Both the position numbers and the translations under genes were made by a program. A stretch of 64,000 bases of DNA from positions 310,001-374,000 of the forward strand of contig BQFW01000002.1 in the NCBI GenBank assembly GCA_020891255.1, given 5' to 3'. The notes below the pieces were generated by a model. That model saw nothing but the letters and a program-made list of their open reading frames with translations, made no database searches and was not told where the DNA came from. Shown in pieces: positions 12,095 to 24,610 of this stretch (position 1 is its first letter; each line of letters starts with the position of its first letter). Source of the DNA: Entomortierella parvispora E1425 (lineage: Eukaryota > Fungi > Mortierellomycota).

Positions 12095-14557
12095 GGTGTT
12101 TTCTTTTCTTTGTTGTAGTGGTGAGAAGGTGATGTCGTCGTGTCGTAGTTTCGTAATGTGTTTCGTCTTTCGCCCCCTATGTTATCTTCTTTCGCTTGTT
12201 GTCAGTGGTGCAGTGGAGCTGAGAGCGTTTGTTCGTCTAGTTTTTTTTTGTTTCCCTAAGATGAACAAACAGGAATGTTGGGTGAGTGAGCTGCTCCTCT
12301 TCGATCAGGCAACCATCTTGTTGTTCGATGTGGAGGAAAGAGAGAGAGGAGAGGGGGAGTGTAACCTCGTTTCAACGCTCACACCCAAACACACAATCGC
12401 CTCTCCTTTTTCACTTTTCAGACTCCATCTCTCTTTCTCCATGGCTGGACATCCTCCAGTCCCCTGCCAGTTATCCAATGTGTTTTGCTCTCGTTGCTTC
12501 TCGGCGTCTGCAACCATAACCGACTCAAATGTACCTTTTTGTCCAAAATCCAGCCTGAAATATATGCTGCTCTCAGTAGTGGTCGTCTGCGCTGAGATGT
12601 TCAAGTAGAGCGAGCCGAAAGGAACGTTTGAACCAAACAAGAAAGCGGTTCTTTTTTGTTTTGTTTCCTTGTGGACAATGAGCTTTTTCTCTTTCTCCTG
12701 ATCCAAATTGTCCTTGATCGTTGAGTTTTTTTGGTCTTGTTTTCGAATGTCTCCTTGGGTATTTTCCACTGAAAAAAAGGAGAGAGAGCAAAAAAGTCGA
12801 TCGTCAGTATGCTGTCAGAAAGCCGCATGTTGTCGCGCTTTCTTCCTCTCGGAGCAAAGCATAGGTTCTCTTCTTGTAGTCGCATTCTCATTTCATCTCG
12901 AATGCATCCATCCTGGTGACACGGTTAATGTCTATTGGATTCCGAGATGCCATCCTCTTGAAGGCCATGAGCAAGACGATTTACCTTTTTGTGGAGAAGC
13001 AGCAGCGAAAGCCGAAAAAGAAAGGAGTCGCGGAGGAGTTGGAAACTAAAAAAGCCCAGGGGTATCAGTCGCGGAGACAACAACTGAAAACGGTCGCGGT
13101 CGCGTGGTGGGAATGGATTTGGAGAGACGAGGGAGTGGCGTGGCTGTCTGTCTGAGTGAAGGGGTCTGTGACGAGAGAAGGAGAAGATTGTGGACGAGTG
13201 TGTGGAGTGGAATGGAGTGGAATGGAGTGGAGTGTGGGGATGTGGAGGAAGACAAAGGGAGGAGAAAGAAAGAACAAAGAAGAAAAAGACAGAAACCGAA
13301 AGGGAGAAAAAAAGAATGAGAGCGGACGAAAGCGTCGCTTCTTTGGTCCTAGTCTGCGTATTCCTCCACATCTTGCATCTCCATCCCTGTCCTCCTTCTC
13401 TGCAATTGACCCTTTCTTGCCTTCCTAAGCCAGACTGACTGCCCACGAACCACACAGGGGGGAGACTGGCAGAAGACAAACTGCCAACTCACCCCACAAA
13501 GTGCACAGTTTGTTGTTTTGTTCTTTCCATTGACAAACAAAATATCCACAGACAAGACCGATACTCACTGCCTCTCTGCCTGCTCTCATTCTCTCATTCT
13601 CTCATTCTTTCTCTTGTTCACACTCAACTCCCCCCGCGCCCATGTGTCTATTGGGCCTTCCCTGTTCCTTCCATATGCTCTCCATATGCGCAAATACAAT
13701 GGCACCAGGGTGGTCCGAACCTGGCGTCCCCCTTTTCTCTTCTATCCCACAGCCCTTTCAGCTGGAATGTCCAATTACGACCCGAACAGATACGTCTCTT
13801 TCACGTATGATCGTGAGCACAAACTAAACCACTTTTTTTACACCTCATAGAAAAAAAAAAAGCCCCGAGAGTTCATCTAGACGGGTCCGTCCTTCACGTC
13901 TTGAACACGATCTCCTTCAAGAAAGTGGATGCTTCATCTCCACCCAACAACTCGCCCCCCATTCAACTCTTGATCAAAGTAAGGGGCGTGTGCACTTTTT
14001 TTTCTTTTCCTTTCCTTCTTTTTTCTTTCTTTCTTTGTGCAGACACACTGCAGGCTATGGCCTGCCTGCCTGCAGCCAAAGGCAAAAAAAGCCAGGGATT
14101 GCCTGTGGTGATGCAGACCTTTTTTTTTTTTTTTTTTTTTTTTGTGTGTAATTCCTCTTACTCAGAACTTTGATAGGCCAACTAGGACCTCCGACTGACC
14201 ACAAAACCATCCCACTTTTCTTCTTGGTGGTGTGTTTTTGTTTTTCTCCACATCACACATACATAACAACCAGGACGACGGATAAAGTAAACACCATCTT
14301 AACTCTCGCAAGGTACACCCTTGCCCAGTGCGTCCAACCGCCCAACGCACGCACCCTTTTTTTCTCTTTCCTGAACAGAGACTAGCGGGTTATGGACAAA
14401 AAGTGAGATGATACGAGCCGAACCCTTGTTCTCAAAAAAAAAAAAAAAAAAAAAAAAGAAAGATGGAAATGCAAGGGTCTGTTGTGGATGAGCCTGGATA
14501 TCAAAAGCGGACACACTCATTGGACCCTTCCGTGACATGTTTGGACAATTTTTGCTT

Positions 14558-17263
14558 TTATCGATAGCTTTCAATCACATCTCTCAATAAAGATTCTCTT
14601 GTTCGAAGGAGCTGTGTCGCAAAGGCCTTTGCGCTGTAGGCGGCTCTCTCCCCACAAATCACTAATTTTTGAAAGGAAAACAATAAAAAAAAGAGAGATG
14701 TAATTAGAACCACTGCACCATCTTGCATCTTTGCATTCACTTGCCCTGTCCTTTCCTTTTTGGGGGATATCACAGTTAGGGAAGGAGATGCAAAAAAGAA
14801 AAGAAAAGAAAACCGCGATCCACTTACACTTCAACAGCAACAGATCCCGAGAAGCGTCGTCCTTTGTCAAAACACTCGGGAAATCCAGCGGACTAAAATT
14901 TCGAATACCGTCTTTGACCGCAATCTTTATCCGGTACGAAGTGGGTTCTGAACCATTGGCGCCCGGGATCGGTCGTACTACACAAATGATATCTGAGAAA
15001 GAAAAAAAAAAAAAGAAACAGAACGTAAGCGTCCAAGGAAAACGCCACCAAAAGACTTGGTTTCATCAGAGCGTCTGTTTGCATGAACCAAGATGAGAGG
15101 GGAGGCGTCGAGGGCGTTGAGGGGGTGGAAAGAACATACGATTCTGACGCGATCCGACGCTCGTTAGATCAAACTGTTCATCATCATCGTTTTCCTTGAA
15201 TACAATCACCACCTACAGGGACAGAGCAATTAGGCCCATTTGTATGTTAGCATCGATCTCCTCATCATTATCTCTCATTAACTCTCATGTCGACAAACAA
15301 TAAAAAAAAAGCCAAGCCGCGATCCATGGTTCTAGCCCCCTTCGCCTTCCACTTACGATATCATTCCCAATAAACCGCCGCCTCTCTATTTGTTGTAAAT
15401 CCTGTGGATCGCACGGCAATAACGGTGCGCAATGGTACATGACCTGATAATTCTCAAAATGCCGAAAGATGGATGTTTCGCCTGTGGTGTCGCCTAAAGA
15501 ATGAGACATGTCATGTTTTGTTGTGTTATCTATCAGAGCTCCAACGGGAACAGAAAAAAAAACAAAGGAACAAACAAATTGTTCGATTTGTACAAGGTGT
15601 ACAAGGCCGTTGTATTTACCAGCAACATCCAGACCAGCGCGATATCCTTTCCATCCACAGAGCCGGATCGGTTCCCCGAGCCAATGCATGAAATTTGTAA
15701 AAGCGGGCGTACAAGAATCTGGGAAAAAAAAGGTAAAAAAAAAAGAACATAAAGAACAAAGGGGAGAGAGCGGCGGTGAGAAATGAAGAACATGCGGAAA
15801 AGAGGCACTGTTGGAGAGAAACCTCCCTCGCCATCGTGCAAATGTATTAAAAAAATGGTATGGTGCCACGAAAGGCGCACCAAAAATGTTGAGCTCTTGT
15901 CTTTTTCGTCTTTTTCGTGAACGTGGTGACCATATCCCATCTTTCATTTTGAGTCCATTGTTGAGCTCTTTTTTTTTTTTACAACGCAAATGTTTTCAAG
16001 GGAAAAACGAATCAATGCAGGACAGAATGGAAAAAATGAAAAAAAAAAAAAAAAGAGTTCTTACCTTGTGCGTTGCTCAATCCTTGATATTCCGTTGTTT
16101 GCCCAGGAAGCAAATGGTACACCCCAAACTTGTAGCACCGAATAATCTGCCGTTCTTCCATTCTCGCCAATTCTTGTGGCAGCCCTGGGTTCTGACAGAC
16201 CTGCAATGAGTCAATGGGAAGGGCGGGACACACCAGACCCAGGATCATCAGATGAGAGACGCCAAAGGCCCTCCGGAACCAAGGGATCGAGAGCGATGCC
16301 ATGCTTTTCTCTATCCTTTCACTTCCCTGAAAAAAAATTATGGGCCCAAGCATGGTTATTTTAGATTCACGTTCTGAAAAAAAAGGGGGGGAGGGAAGGG
16401 GCGTTCCTTTTCCAATTGCTTTTTCAATGGCAAAAGTGGTCAAACAACAACAACAAAAAAAAATACCAAAAAAAGAGCCGTTGATCGTATGCCAAGTCAA
16501 GTTTAAACAATAAGGGAAGATGAGATGAAAGAGAGCAAGAGAGAGAAGCGTCGAGGACAAGCACAAAATAGTTCTTACCTGTGTCGTCCTGATCAATATC
16601 CGGATGACCCCCCTCTTGTTAACGGCGATCGAGACAATGATTGGCCCTTGTGGGGACGTGGCTGCCACATAGTTTGAATGATCTGCAACAACACCACCAC
16701 ACACACGTCGACAAAAAAAAAAAAAAAAAAAAAAAAAGGGAGAAAGTGGCAAGACAAACAAAGATAGTTAGGAATGAATGGATGAGTTTTTTACCGACTC
16801 CTATCGCCGTTGTCTTTTCGCCTGCATGGCGTTTCATAGCTCAACAACAGCCAAGAAAAATAAAAAAAAGGTGTAAAAGATCAAGATGGGGAGAGGGTGG
16901 ACGCTTACTTTGACCACGAAAGTATTGGCAATAAAAATCCAGGTCGCACTCTCGGTCCTGCAGGAGTGCAGGAAAGGTGGTCGATGAATAGCATCCAACA
17001 TCTGATGCAGGTTTTGTAGTCTTGTATTTTCCAGAGTGAAAGGCTGAGAGCGGGTTGTAAGAGGGAAAGATGGCCCGCTTGGTGGACCGGGTGGATGTAG
17101 TGGTGGTCGATGCAGTGGTGGAGGTCCGGGTGGTAGTGGTGGGGCCAATGCAGGCAGTAGAGGAAGGGGAGCGGGAGGAAGGGAGATAACGAAAGTCAGA
17201 GTGCAAAGAGGGGACGTTCATCATTCCCGAAGTTGATCCAAATCTCTTTGAGGATTGTCGCAT
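14558..17263 (-). CDS. Stand-alone Rap/Ran-GAP domain protein, 8 exons
   Basis: Exons 17263-16909, 16682-16579, 16326-16065, 15718-15620, 15493-15357, 15212-15140, 14992-14828, 14661-14558. Motifs YKFGV, F..WLGEPIRL.GWKGYRAGLDV, GDTTGETS, Asn-thumb ERRRFIGNDIVVIVF and C-terminal ICGERAAY...RTRESLL. Confidence 0.88.
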
Positions 17264-20200
17264 ACTCCTCGTGTTTCGAGAAAGAAGGTCAAGGTTGAGA
17301 GACAGAGAGACAAAGAGAGCGAGAGACAGGGCGAGTAGACAGAGAAATTGTTTGTTTTGACAGGCCAATTGAAGGTGAAGAGAAGGAAGAAAGGAAAGGA
17401 AAGAAAGAAAGGAGTGCGAATGGTGCAAGGTCGAAGGTGGAAATGAAAAGGATGTGGGATGGACAGCAAAGCAAGGGAAGCAAGAGGGAGAGAGAAAGAG
17501 GGGAGAGGAGAGGGGAACGAAGAGCAAATAGGGAAAGGGAGAAGATGAGAATGAAAAAAAAGAGCGGCAAAGCAGAGGGGGATGCAAATCAGGGGTATGA
17601 AAAAAGAGAGAAATTCATGCAACGCAAACCATGCGCTGGCTGCACGGCCTGACACAGCAGCATGGGCATGGCGTGGTCTGGCTGGTCGGACGGGTCGGAT
17701 TGGCCTCGAGTTGCAACCGCGGTGCTTCTATCCCATCTCGCGCGACATGGTCCAGCCTGCGCAACCAAGCGCCAGAGAACGAATTGAACCATCAACAAAC
17801 CCGTTCGCCGGGATGGGAGGGACAACAAAAAAGCGAGGGACGAAAAGTGAGCCTCAGGAAGGAGAAACCTAGCAGGGACAATGAACGGACCCGCCCTTTT
17901 CTGGTAGCGTTCCGTAGCAGCGTGAGCATGGCCCATGGTACGGATCGCGCACGGAACCGCGTCATTGTGCGGGTAAGAAACCGAATGGTCAAGGAGAGTC
18001 GCCTGCATGCAGGCACAACACATACACACATACACACATACACACATACATGGGCACATACATGGGCACACACGCCAAAACGTTCCTCGGGGACTTGTCC
18101 GTGGCCCCGCCCTTTTCTCCCATCCAATCTGCCTTTTTTGTTGTTGCTTTCCGCCATTGCCCCTGCGTCCATCGAACAAAGCAATAGCAATATAAACAAA
18201 CATATCAGAAACCCCCCACGCGTTTCGATTGCAGACGCAACGCACCTCTGAGCAGCCTAATCCAAAAAGATAAAAAGGTGGCCCCTTCATTGTACGGGAA
18301 TGGCGGGATCAGTGCGCGCATGTCCAGACATTCGTCGCCATTCCGCTTTCAAAAAAGACAAGCTGAGCCATGGACAGTCATGTGATGGTCAGAAACAACG
18401 TGAAAAGGGGAGGGACAGGGTAGAGATGCGTGTTGAACGTGTCCCTTTTCAGCCCCTGCAGACCGTTGCAGGAGGCGGCCCACGGAGGCGACGCACTGGC
18501 AGCGGTTACCGTGGTCCCTGACAGAGGGCAGAGCTGCCCTAGCGGAGACTAGTCTCTAACACCAATTGCCTGTTCGCGATCAAAGCCCTGCCGTGGGTGA
18601 TCCATGCTGTATGCAAAGCGCGGGAGACCCATCCATGCAGATCACTTGACAATTGATCGAGGGGGACCGTGGGCCATGGGAGGGAAGCCGCACTTTTGGA
18701 CACGTAATACCGTCCCGCGTCTTTTTTTTTTTTTTTTTTTTTGCAGGAATGCCAGCTCAGCCCCTCCCGCCTTGGACACATTCATCGCAGTCCTCAAAAA
18801 AGGAAGCGGGAAGAGTGACATGAGAGCCATGGGTCCATTCGAGTGTAGTGCTGGACAGTCAAAAAGACAGGGCGACAGAGGGGTGCTGCAAAGAGGCTGG
18901 CCAAGCAGAGACTGAGGCAAGCAATGCAGTCAGTCCAACATGCTGGCATTGGCAGTCATGGTTCAGACGGTCAAGAATAGATTTTGGGTTGTCCTTTTCA
19001 TTTAGAACCGTTAATTGCGATCTCAATAACATGTTGCAGAGGCGCATCCGACAGTAAATAAGACACAGGATGGAAGGAGGGGACATTGGGCTTCTTACTG
19101 CTGTTGCAGCTGAGTACACAGTACGTTTGGAAGAGAGAGAGGGCTGTAGATCTTCATGGCCTTGTGGCCTATGTGGAGGGGAAGGAGCAGCAACAGGGTT
19201 CCTCCTGGGCTCATCAATGAACCGAGGGAGATATGACATTCTTTTCACTCAATTTATTGCTCACGAATGTTTCTCCTTTCGAGGATCAAAGAAATGGCAC
19301 CATCCTGTTCCTTATCCAGCAGCGGCAGCAGAAAGAGCAAGATAAAATAGTGTCGCTTCCATCGCCCATTGTACTCCCGGGCGTTGAAAGTTTTCCAGCT
19401 CATCATGACAGAATGCCGCTCTGAGCGGCCGAAAGACTGAGCGCTACCCGAGAGCTGGGTAATCTGAGCAAACATTAGTAGACTATCGAGGATAAGTCAA
19501 GTCAGATAACCCGGCCACCGACAGGGATGCTCCTGCATTGCGTCGTCAATAAACCATTGGTTTCACACGTAGCGTCGTTCTCTATTTTCGCGTGATTTCC
19601 TGGCAACAGGGCAACAGAGCCACGATACCACCAGCTGAAAGCGACAAAGAGAAAAGGACCCCATCGCAAGGATCACCCAACGATGGATGAAAGGGTAAGG
19701 TGAATGGTAGGAGGAAAGGGTGAGTACCCAGCAAGAGTGGAGTAACAAAAACGACGATGAAAAGAGAAATGGGATGATTCGATCATTGGCAATCTTGCCC
19801 TTCAGATCGCTGTCGTGCGAAGGGAGGAAAGGGCAACTTTTGAACTCTAGGGTGAATGTTAACCTTGGGTACTCAAGGCCCCATGCTGTCCATCCTCCGC
19901 CTTCTCTCTCTTTCCCTTCGCCTCTCTTTTTTCCCCTCTTTCCTCTCTTTTTCCTTTCATCCACCTTTGTTCCCTTTCCTGTTCCATTTCATTACTGGAC
20001 ACTCTTTCCCCCTTCCTTCCTCCTCACTTCCACCGTCTCTCCACTCTCCTTTCCTTCTCAGTGCGTCGATCTTCTCTCCTCAACAACACCGACAACTCTC
20101 TCTCTCTCTCTCTCCTGTTCCCCTTTCTCCCTTTTCATCAGCCAGGATAGGCGACCATTCAGCAATACTCCCTCACTCCACACACTCACAGACACACTCG

Positions 20201-20335
20201 ACTCACTTTTTTCAGCCTAGTCCTGTACTCCATTTCTTTAATTGCTATTTAACGCCCACATTCCCTCACCATCGCTCTTTCCCTTTCCTTTTGATCGCTA
20301 TCAAAAAAAAACCTCCATTTCCACAGGAACCAAAG

Positions 20336-21287
20336 GTATTGATTGTTACACCATCCTGTGCCCCCATCCATCCATCCAGCAAACCCCGTTCGCCCCGAAT
20401 CTTTTCCATTTCAACGGTCAAGGGGACACAGAAAAACTGGGAACGCTCTTAAATTAATTTCATGGATGGGACATCTGGACAACACTAAAGGGAGACAAAG
20501 GGGGGGTGGATGCGAGGGGGAAGGATGGGCGGTGGGACAAAAAAGAAAAAAAAAAGAGCCGCCAAGAAAGAAGACTACACCAGGAAAAAGGTTGCAACGG
20601 AGAACAGAAGGGAGGGGAACCAGAGGTGGAAATGGTATCTATCTCGTGTTAATTGTCTCTTCTTTCTGGTTGTTGGCGTGATGATCTCGAAAGACCAAGG
20701 TGGCAGAGGTTCGAGAACATTGACTTTTGGCATCCAGAAAAAAGGGTACAACCGAGGAATAAAGAGGGCGCGAAGAGAGATCATTTGTCCATCTATCCAA
20801 AAGAGAAAACCCAAAAAAAGACACACGATCGAACCAGCTTCTTGGCCAGTCTGTTCTTCTACCGGTTCTGCTTTGGTTTCCATACGTTTGGGAAGCACCC
20901 TAAACTCTACTTTTAAAGGCCCAGATCTGGGTGGAGGAACTCTGGGCACCCACGCCATTGTTCCCTCTCTCATCCTTCTGAGCAGACAAACAAACAAAAG
21001 TCGAGGTTGGTTGCTTCGGCTAAAACTTTTTTTTTTAAAAAAAAAAATAAGAAGCAGATAGTGAGCTCTTTTGAGAGTCATTTTGAGCGTTGAGGGTTCA
21101 AAGACTACGTTCATATCTGCAGGTACATGGAGGGTCTGGATAAAAGAGGAGTGAGGAGGAAGAAGACCCGAGAGCCGAGCTGGCCAGCTTATAGGCTGCA
21201 GGCGTTTGTGCCCTTTTGATACCGAATTTCATTGCCCGGCTGTTTTACTCAACGCCCAATCTTCATTTATTTTTTTTTCATTTCCAG
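20336..21287 (+). promoter_or_regulatory. Probable ~950-nt 5'-UTR intron of the type-I membrane protein gene
   Basis: CT-rich leader-like tract at about 19880-20300, donor AAG|GTATTG at 20336, poly(T)+CAG acceptor at 21287, 84 nt before the ATG. Inferred; no transcript data. Confidence 0.4.
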
Positions 21288-21371
21288 ACAGGTCTTCCGC
21301 CCTCGACCCTCCTTCCTCTTTCCTTTCTTTGACCCCTTCTCTCCCTCCGTCTCCGACATACATCTACGACC

Positions 21372-24347
21372 ATGGCCTTCTCAAAGTCCCTGGTCCTCGT
21401 CACCTTGTCTGCGGCCCTGGCCCTGCTCGGGTCCACCTCTGCCAACATTCAATTTAATCGGATCAACATGACCACGGCTATCAAACCTGGCGCTACCATG
21501 ACCTTGTCCTGGACAGATATCCCTGCCCCCACCAACACGGTCCTGAACACCTTGCCCTTCAACCTCACTCTTCGCGCCTTGTCGGGACAACGTTACAACA
21601 TTCAGAACCTGGTTCCCCAAACTCAATTGACGATGACGGTCACCATCCCCTCGGACGCCACAGGAGGACAGCACAGTTTCTATTGCGACTACACGGGCAC
21701 GGATGGACTCAAGAGCACCAGTTCCAACCAGTTCAATGTCACAGGCGCCTATATCACCACCACCATGCCAGCCCCTACCACCACCGCCATGACCCTGCCT
21801 TTGCCAACCAACAGCACCCCTAAAGGCAACGATGGAGGTCTTTCGGGAGGTGCTCTGGGAGGCATCATTGGAGGCGTGGTCGCGGTGCTGTTGTTGATTG
21901 CGTTGGTCTTCTTTGCCAGAAACCGTCGTCTGGCGCGTGAACGCGGGGAGAGCTCGCGTCTGGAGGATACCAAGGAGCGCTATGAGGATCGTTCGGTTGA
22001 AGGACGCTCAGGACCCATGCCTCCCATGTCTGCACCGCCCGGGGGCCCCAACGGCTACCCACAGGATGGTATGGTTTCTGTCCCATTGAATGGTGTACCC
22101 GGTTCTCGTCCTCCTCACCGCAGTGAGCAGCAACCCCACGAGCCTATGATGATGCACCATTCTAACAGCAGTAATCCTTTTGAAGGTCCTGGCGAGGCCA
22201 TGATGATGGGCGGAGTCGCAGGCGCGGCCGCTGCCCATGGTGCCAGGGCTGGATCCCCTGCTATTAGCGGCCCTACTTCATTGTCCCCGCGCCAGCAGCA
22301 CCAACCTTACAGCCCTCCTCAAATGCACCAGCCAGCCCCAGGATCCCCAGGTGGACCCATGATGGGCATGCCTCCTCACCAGCAACAGCCCTACCCAGGA
22401 GGACCTTTCAACCAGCCTCCTCCTCACCAGCAGCAATTCCAGAACCAGCACCATCCTGGCGGCGACCGCGATTCTTTCGAGTCCGAGCCTGAATCTGCCT
22501 ATGATCCCTCGCGCTTTACCTTGCAGCAGATGAACGTTCAGCAAGGTGGATCCGTCATGCGAAACAACTCAAATGCCATGATGCGTGGTCCCGGAGGTCC
22601 CAACGACGGTAGCTCCCTGTCGTACTCGCCCTCTGGACGATCCAACATGAGCGGCAACGACCCCCGGTTCCAGAACCGAAGCAACATGTCCTCGCCTCAC
22701 CCACACAACCCCTTCCAGGATCCTGAATTGATGGCCGCCGCCGCCGGTGGCGCAGGCATGATTACCCATCATCATCAGCAACAACAACAGCAATACCAGC
22801 AGCAGCAGCAAGGAGGCCGTGGTTCACCATTGATGATGCAGCGCCAGTTGTCCCAGAACCGCGGCCTGAACGGCATGCCTCGCAGTCAGAGTCCCATGCG
22901 TTCGGCTTCCCCCTACAACCGCGAGATTGAGATGCAGCCCTTGGACGTTCAGCAGCACCAATATGAACAGCAGCAACGCGTTCTCCAGCGTCAACAGCAA
23001 CAGCGAGAGCAAGAACAGAAACAACGAGAGCAAGAGCAGCAACAACAACAGCAGCAACAGGCGCCATCAGGTCCTGCTCAGACTCAACCAGCTCCTCCCA
23101 AGAGCGCCGGTCCCGTGGACCCTTCGGCGCCTTATAGCCCCGCCAACTTTGACGACAAGACCGAGATTGATGAGGATGGTGTCCCAGTCTATAACGGATA
23201 CCGTGATACGATCTTTGGAGCCTATGCTCCTCAGGGGGATGACGATGAGGATGAGGAGGAAGTGCCCATGCCCATTATCCCTCCTTCCGCTTTGGCCAAG
23301 GTCGGAGAGCAGATTCATCACCAGCAGCAGTCAAAGCCAGAGGATGAGGAGTCTTCCAGCGAGGGTGGACCGGGCGTTCAGCGCAAAAAGTCGGTCAAGT
23401 TCACAGGCGTCCCTCCTTCCGGTCCCATCGTCGTCCCTACTGCCGCATCGGGATCTGCACCTGTTCCTCAGCAACAGCAACACCAGCAACAGCAACACCA
23501 GCAACAACATCAAATGTACCATAGCGAAGGTGAAGACCATGACGACGAAGACGACGAGTTTTACGAGGATGAGGATGAACACGATATCAAGATGAGAATG
23601 TTGGAGTCAGAGATCCCTAGCCCCACGGTCTCTTCGAGCAACCCTCGTCCTCCCTTCATCAACACCACGCCTGGATCGTCGCCCTTGAACCAGCACACCC
23701 AGCAGCACAGTGCCAATGCCATGTCGCCTGTCCGCGGATATGGCTCCCCCACACAGTACCATCAGACCTCTCCCAAGGCTCAGGGCCACAACCAGGGCAA
23801 CCAGTACCAGGGTGGTTTCGTTGCTCCCCCACCTCCTAACCAGCAGCAACAGGCAGCTTCTAACAACCTGATGGCCTCCAGTAACCTCGGTGGATTCTAT
23901 GAAGATGTGTTGGCAGCGGTGGATAAGAATGCAAAGACGCTACCTGCCTCTTCTGCATCTCCTACGTCGAACAAGCCCTCCTTCCTTCAGGGACCTCCTC
24001 CTCCCTCCGCGACCTCTGCTCCCCCTCCTCCCCAACAGCAACAGTCGTCCCAGCAACATTACGTGCAGCAGCAACACATCCCACCTCCACAGCCCACCCA
24101 CATGCAGCCTGTACCGTTGCACCAGGAGGTCTTTGGTGCCCCTTCACCAAGGATTGTCCCTGCCCAGCTCCCAGGTTCTGGACCATTGTCGCCTCGTTCT
24201 CCAAACGCCAAGCCAGTCGTGTCCCCCCGATCGGCAGCGCGTCCCCCTGCTTCACAGCAACAGCAGCAGCAACAGCAACAGCAGCAAAAGACGCAACAGT
24301 ACCGCGATGCTGATGAGGATGCTTTCTACGAGTCCTCTCTTTTGTAA
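21372..24347 (+). CDS. Type-I membrane protein (signal peptide, Kre9/Knh1-like beta domain, T-rich stalk, TM helix, long Q/P-rich tail), 991 aa
   Basis: Single exon. Hydrophobic signal MAFSKSLVLVTLSAALALLG, about 100-aa beta-rich ectodomain with N-x-T sites, TM GLSGGALGGIIGGVVAVLLLIALVFF followed by a basic stop-transfer (RNRR), then about 800 aa of low-complexity tail. Confidence 0.85.
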   Translation: MAFSKSLVLVTLSAALALLGSTSANIQFNRINMTTAIKPGATMTLSWTDIPAPTNTVLNTLPFNLTLRALSGQRYNIQNLVPQTQLTMTVTIPSDATGGQHSFYCDYTGTDGLKSTSSNQFNVTGAYITTTMPAPTTTAMTLPLPTNSTPKGNDGGLSGGALGGIIGGVVAVLLLIALVFFARNRRLARERGESSRLEDTKERYEDRSVEGRSGPMPPMSAPPGGPNGYPQDGMVSVPLNGVPGSRPPHRSEQQPHEPMMMHHSNSSNPFEGPGEAMMMGGVAGAAAAHGARAGSPAISGPTSLSPRQQHQPYSPPQMHQPAPGSPGGPMMGMPPHQQQPYPGGPFNQPPPHQQQFQNQHHPGGDRDSFESEPESAYDPSRFTLQQMNVQQGGSVMRNNSNAMMRGPGGPNDGSSLSYSPSGRSNMSGNDPRFQNRSNMSSPHPHNPFQDPELMAAAAGGAGMITHHHQQQQQQYQQQQQGGRGSPLMMQRQLSQNRGLNGMPRSQSPMRSASPYNREIEMQPLDVQQHQYEQQQRVLQRQQQQREQEQKQREQEQQQQQQQQAPSGPAQTQPAPPKSAGPVDPSAPYSPANFDDKTEIDEDGVPVYNGYRDTIFGAYAPQGDDDEDEEEVPMPIIPPSALAKVGEQIHHQQQSKPEDEESSSEGGPGVQRKKSVKFTGVPPSGPIVVPTAASGSAPVPQQQQHQQQQHQQQHQMYHSEGEDHDDEDDEFYEDEDEHDIKMRMLESEIPSPTVSSSNPRPPFINTTPGSSPLNQHTQQHSANAMSPVRGYGSPTQYHQTSPKAQGHNQGNQYQGGFVAPPPPNQQQQAASNNLMASSNLGGFYEDVLAAVDKNAKTLPASSASPTSNKPSFLQGPPPPSATSAPPPPQQQQSSQQHYVQQQHIPPPQPTHMQPVPLHQEVFGAPSPRIVPAQLPGSGPLSPRSPNAKPVVSPRSAARPPASQQQQQQQQQQQKTQQYRDADEDAFYESSLL

Positions 24348-24610
24348 AAAAAAAACAAGCTCTCCTGCTACCATATTCCCAGCATTTTTTTCATGTTTCT
24401 AGACCGCACTTCTCTTTCTCTTTCAAGTGAAAAAAAAAAAAAGAAAAAAAAAAAAAAAAGCACTTCCTTTTTCATTCTTCAATAAAAAACAAACCAATCT
24501 TTTGAACGCACCCATTCGCCTTTCTCTTTTCTCTGTATCCTCCTCCTTGACAGCTTTAATTAAGTAAATATTCCTGATCAAAGATATACAAAAAAATACA
24601 TGGAGGGGTA

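Noticed and set aside
20575-21114. 179-aa minus-strand ORF
   Set aside because: Runs through poly(T)/(A) tracts, has no domain, and lies antisense within the putative 5'-UTR intron.
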